Shown in pieces: positions 60,809 through 64,000 of a stretch of 64,000 nt of DNA. The translations under genes and the position numbers were made by a program. Source of the DNA: Actinomycetota bacterium. GTDB taxonomy: Bacteria > Actinomycetota > Acidimicrobiia > Acidimicrobiales > VFJN01. The notes under the pieces were generated by a model. The model saw only the letters and a program-made list of their open reading frames with translations, searched no databases and was not told the origin of the DNA. Location of the stretch: the NCBI GenBank assembly GCA_049325515.1, contig JBMOLI010000010.1:49602-113601 (forward strand), read 5' to 3'. Numbering within the stretch: position 1 is the stretch's first letter; every line of letters starts with the position of its first letter.

Positions 60809-62011
60809 ATGGCCACCGTGATCCCGCTCGTGCAGCCAGGACAGGTCGCTCAGGAGGGATCGCATCCCGTCGATACCATGATCTCCACCCCACAGACCCC
60901 CGTGGCCGACTCCCTCGAGCGCGCTGTAGGCCTCTTGCAGCGGCTCGCCGGAGCGGACGCGGGAGATCTCCCGAGCACTCTCGGTCAGGTCGCCGCCCGC
61001 GCCGAGTGGCTCTTGGCCGAGGGCCCTACCGCACTCGACACGGCGACCTCGGAACCCGCACAGGCGCTTGACCGTGCCTCGCACGTGGTCGCAGCGAGCA
61101 GGTCGCTGCTCGATCTCATCCTCGAGGAGGTCGAGGTGCTGAGCGAGGCGATCTCCGCCCAGCTCACCTCCGCCTCGCTGGGAAGCATCCATGACATCGC
61201 CGATGCGATCCTGGATCTGGCGACCGTGTCCCGAGCCGCGCCCCACTGGGGAGACCCGAACGCCGCCGACGCGGCGGAGCTGGTGCTCGGAGTGCTTGCT
61301 GAGGACCTCCGTGAGGCGGCGCAAGCACATGAGGCGCTGTACCAGCGCTTCACGGAGAGCATCTGGCAGGTGCCAACGCCGCTGCTCCGCGCCGGGCGCC
61401 ACCGCTGGCGCCTGATCGCCCGCGCCAGGCTGCGCCGCCAGCTGCGCGCCGCCAGCCGCAGCGATCGAGTCGGCAAGATCGCGGCCGCCGCCAAGGATGT
61501 CCTCGAGGTGCGAGCCATCCGAGATCGCGTCGACGCGCTCGCGCCGCTGCTCGCCCACCACCTCGGCGCGCTCGACTGCGGGCCGCTCAGCGACATAGAC
61601 GGCGCCCTCGTGCCCCTGAAGGCAGTGCGGAGGCTGCAAGGCGCGCTCGGCGACCGAGTCGAGGGAGCGCGGATGCAGCAGATGCTGCTCGCAGACGCCT
61701 TCCGAACCCACGACGTGACCGGCCCGGCGCTTCGAGTTCGCAACGCGATCCGCGCCTGGCAGAGCGATCTCGCTCGTGCCGACGCGTCGGACGCATCCTG
61801 GATCCACCTGGACGAGCTGAACGACTGGGTCATCGAGTGCGCAAGCACCGTCCCGGCGCTTGCCGAGGGCCTCGACGCAGCAACGGGTCTGGGGCTCTCC
61901 GTTGAGTCGGTGCGAGCGCTGGTCGACGTGCTCGTCCTGCGAGAGCACGTCGAGCGCCTCATCGAGGCCGAGGGCGCGAGCGTTGCAGACATCTCGGAGA
62001 GCGCGTCATGA
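60809..62011 (+). CDS. unassigned ~400-aa Ala/Leu-rich helical protein, first gene of the cpaB-cpaF operon
   Basis: AGGAGG lies upstream of the ATG at 60809. No TM segment, no P-loop and no family motif recognised. The stop overlaps the cpaB start (ATGA). Confidence 0.6.
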   Translation: MATVIPLVQPGQVAQEGSHPVDTMISTPQTPVADSLERAVGLLQRLAGADAGDLPSTLGQVAARAEWLLAEGPTALDTATSEPAQALDRASHVVAASRSLLDLILEEVEVLSEAISAQLTSASLGSIHDIADAILDLATVSRAAPHWGDPNAADAAELVLGVLAEDLREAAQAHEALYQRFTESIWQVPTPLLRAGRHRWRLIARARLRRQLRAASRSDRVGKIAAAAKDVLEVRAIRDRVDALAPLLAHHLGALDCGPLSDIDGALVPLKAVRRLQGALGDRVEGARMQQMLLADAFRTHDVTGPALRVRNAIRAWQSDLARADASDASWIHLDELNDWVIECASTVPALAEGLDAATGLGLSVESVRALVDVLVLREHVERLIEAEGASVADISESAS

Positions 62012-62802
62012 ACAGGCTGGGGGTGGTCGCGGTTGCGGCCTTCGTGTCGCTGGCCTCCGGGTTCGGCCTGGTGCAGTACGTGAGCGGTGCCGAGGAGCGC
62101 GCGACTGAGTCGGCCACACCGGTTGAGGTGCTCATGGCGACCGCCGACATCCCGGATGGCACGGCGTTCGATGCAGCTCTCGCCGACGGCCGCATCGCCC
62201 CGTCGCAGACCCTTCGTGCCTCTCGGCCTGCGACGGCGGTGACCGACGCCTCCGTCCTCCGCGGGACGGTGGCCGACGGCGTGCTGAGGGCGGGACAGAT
62301 CGTGGTGAGCGGCACCTTCGTCGACCCGGCCGAGACGCGAGTGGGAGCGGGACCCCCGACCTTTGCCGATGACCTGCCGGAAGGGACCGTCGCCGTCTCA
62401 TTCGACGCCGCTGGCGCTTCAGCAGTCTCGAACCTCATCAGCCCCGGCGACCGCGTGAACCTGCTCGTGAAGGTGCCGAATGCCTCCGACCTCGGGCTGC
62501 CCGACTCTGGTGGGCCAGCGATCGTCCACGTGTTCCAGGCGCTCGAGGTGATCGCCATCGGGACGACCGTCCGGCCACCCGAAGGCGCCGAGGAGCCAGT
62601 CGCCAACCCTGGCGCGAGCACCTACACGGTCGCGGTAGCCCCCCGCGACGCCGCGCGCCTGCTCTACCTGACACGCGAGTACGAGGTGCTGCTGGCCCTG
62701 GTCGGTCCAGGCAACGATCCCGCTCCACAGACGCCTGTTGGCAAGACCGACGCGCTGCCGGGCTCGCTCACCCCGGAGCCATCTGTCACGGGAGACGGCT
62801 GA
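62008..62802 (+). CDS. cpaB: Flp pilus assembly protein CpaB (SAF/RcpC domains)
   Basis: N-terminal TM segment (VVAVAAFVSLASGFGLV). SAF-like VEVLMATADIPDGTAF...LRAGQIV. RcpC-like GDRVNLLV...VIAIG. Confidence 0.8.
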   Translation: MNRLGVVAVAAFVSLASGFGLVQYVSGAEERATESATPVEVLMATADIPDGTAFDAALADGRIAPSQTLRASRPATAVTDASVLRGTVADGVLRAGQIVVSGTFVDPAETRVGAGPPTFADDLPEGTVAVSFDAAGASAVSNLISPGDRVNLLVKVPNASDLGLPDSGGPAIVHVFQALEVIAIGTTVRPPEGAEEPVANPGASTYTVAVAPRDAARLLYLTREYEVLLALVGPGNDPAPQTPVGKTDALPGSLTPEPSVTGDG

Positions 62803-64000
62803 TGAGCGCGCTCCGCGAGCGGATCCTGGCTGCCCGCAAGGACCTCGACGGCGGTGACACCGGGACATCCGAAAGCCCCCCCGCCGACGTCGACGCAACG
62901 CTCGAGGCCCAACAGGACGACGGCGTCGCTGACATCCTCCGACCGTCTGTCGCGGCGCCGCCACCCGAGCCGCGAGCCAGCCTGCCGGCCAACCTGCACG
63001 CTGAGATCCACCGGCGCGTCGTCAAGGATCTCGGGCCGCTGCTGTTCGACGACACTGTGCACGACGCCGAGCTGGAAGCGCGGCTCCGCGAGACGATCGC
63101 GGTGGCCTTCGAGGACTCTGGCATCCCTGCGGGCGGCGATCTGTACGAGCAGTTCGCCACAGACATCCGCAACGATGTCGTCGGCTACGGGCCGATCGAA
63201 GACCTCCTAAACGACGACACAGTGACCGAAGTGATGGTCAACGGGCCCGACATCGTCTTCGTCGAGCGAAACGGCAAGGTGGTCGAGGTCGCATCAGGCT
63301 TCGTCGACGGCACCCACGTGCGCCGCGTGATCGACAAGATCGTGTCGAACGTCGGTCGCCGCATCGACGAATCATCGCCCATGGTCGACGCCCGCCTGCC
63401 GGACGGGTCACGCGTCAACGCCATCATCCCGCCGCTGGCGATCGACGGGCCGTTCCTCACGATCCGCAAGTTCGCCCGTGACCCGTTCATGGCCGCCGAC
63501 CTCGTCAAGTTCGGCACGCTCGATGAACGCAGCGTCCGCTTCCTGCGCGCATGCATCGAGGGTCGGATGAACATCGTTGTGTCGGGCGGTACAGGCACCG
63601 GCAAGACGACGCTGCTCAACGTCCTCTCGTCGTTCATTCCCAACGACGAACGCATCGTCACCGTCGAGGACGCCAAGGAGCTGCAGCTCCACCAGCGCCA
63701 CGTCCTCTGCATGGAGACGCGGCCACCCAACGTAGAGCGGGCAGGCGAGGTCACGATCCGCGACCTCGTGAAGAACAGCCTTCGCATGAGACCCGACCGC
63801 ATCGTGGTCGGCGAGTGCCGTGGCGGCGAGGCGCTCGACATGCTGCAGGCGATGAACACGGGCCACGACGGCTCGATGACCACCGTGCACGCGAACAGCC
63901 CCCGCGACGCTCTCAGCCGCATCGAGACGCTTACGCTCATGGCCGGCTTCGACCTGCCCGTGCGGGCGATCAGGGAGCAGGTCGCATCCGCCGTCGACGT
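62802..64000 (+). CDS. cpaF: CpaF/TadA family type IV pilus (Tad) secretion ATPase, 3'-truncated by the window edge
   Basis: This frame is not in the ORF track because no stop is reached. My own translation from ATG 62802 (which overlaps the cpaB TGA) gives Walker A SGGTGTGKTT, VTVEDAKEL, Walker B RPDRIVVGECRGGEA and His-box GHDGSMTTVHAN. Confidence 0.88.
   Translation, partial: MSALRERILAARKDLDGGDTGTSESPPADVDATLEAQQDDGVADILRPSVAAPPPEPRASLPANLHAEIHRRVVKDLGPLLFDDTVHDAELEARLRETIAVAFEDSGIPAGGDLYEQFATDIRNDVVGYGPIEDLLNDDTVTEVMVNGPDIVFVERNGKVVEVASGFVDGTHVRRVIDKIVSNVGRRIDESSPMVDARLPDGSRVNAIIPPLAIDGPFLTIRKFARDPFMAADLVKFGTLDERSVRFLRACIEGRMNIVVSGGTGTGKTTLLNVLSSFIPNDERIVTVEDAKELQLHQRHVLCMETRPPNVERAGEVTIRDLVKNSLRMRPDRIVVGECRGGEALDMLQAMNTGHDGSMTTVHANSPRDALSRIETLTLMAGFDLPVRAIREQVASAVD

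Overview
Very GC-rich bacterial chromosome segment with Actinomycetota-type gene order; a more precise lineage cannot be assigned from sequence alone. Most of it is conserved housekeeping. A long minus-strand string runs tig-clpP-clpX-folC-ndk-mreBCD-mrdA-rodA-radical SAM pair-rne-rplU-rpmA ... obg-proB. Also present are murJ, pspA, rpe, rdgB-rph-murI, mec-cysM, smpB, a tmRNA and six tRNAs (Pro, Gly, Arg, His, Lys, Leu). I saw no CRISPR array, transposase, integrase or phage genes.

The clearest non-housekeeping signal is a dispersed Tad/Flp (type IVc pilus) system in three parts:
- A six-gene Flp/TadE/TadG pseudopilin cassette (11093-16808) sits between rpmA and obg.
- A second TadE/TadG pair (53960-56547) fills the gap between smpB and ssrA.
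- A core operon at the right edge (60809 to the window end) reads unknown 400-aa helical protein, cpaB, cpaF.

Several pseudopilins are atypical. One is a 177-aa Flp-type prepilin with a cysteine-bearing C-terminal domain. Another is a TadE-like protein with three tandem ~100-aa repeats.

Other items worth a second look:
- A translationally coupled module running into murJ-pspA (575-5550): TerB-like AAA+ ATPase, two solute-binding-like exported proteins (one with a vWA domain), and a TM/coiled-coil protein.
- An S8 peptidase ending in twelve perfect GTSWQ pentapeptides encoded by synonymously divergent 15-nt units.
- A single-polypeptide EAL-PAS-histidine kinase fusion paired with a LuxR-type regulator.
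- A Met-rich envelope protein.

All functional calls come from motif and family recognition by eye. No HMM, BLAST or structure search was run. Many start codons were chosen by homology-style reasoning and stop/start overlaps, so they remain uncertain.
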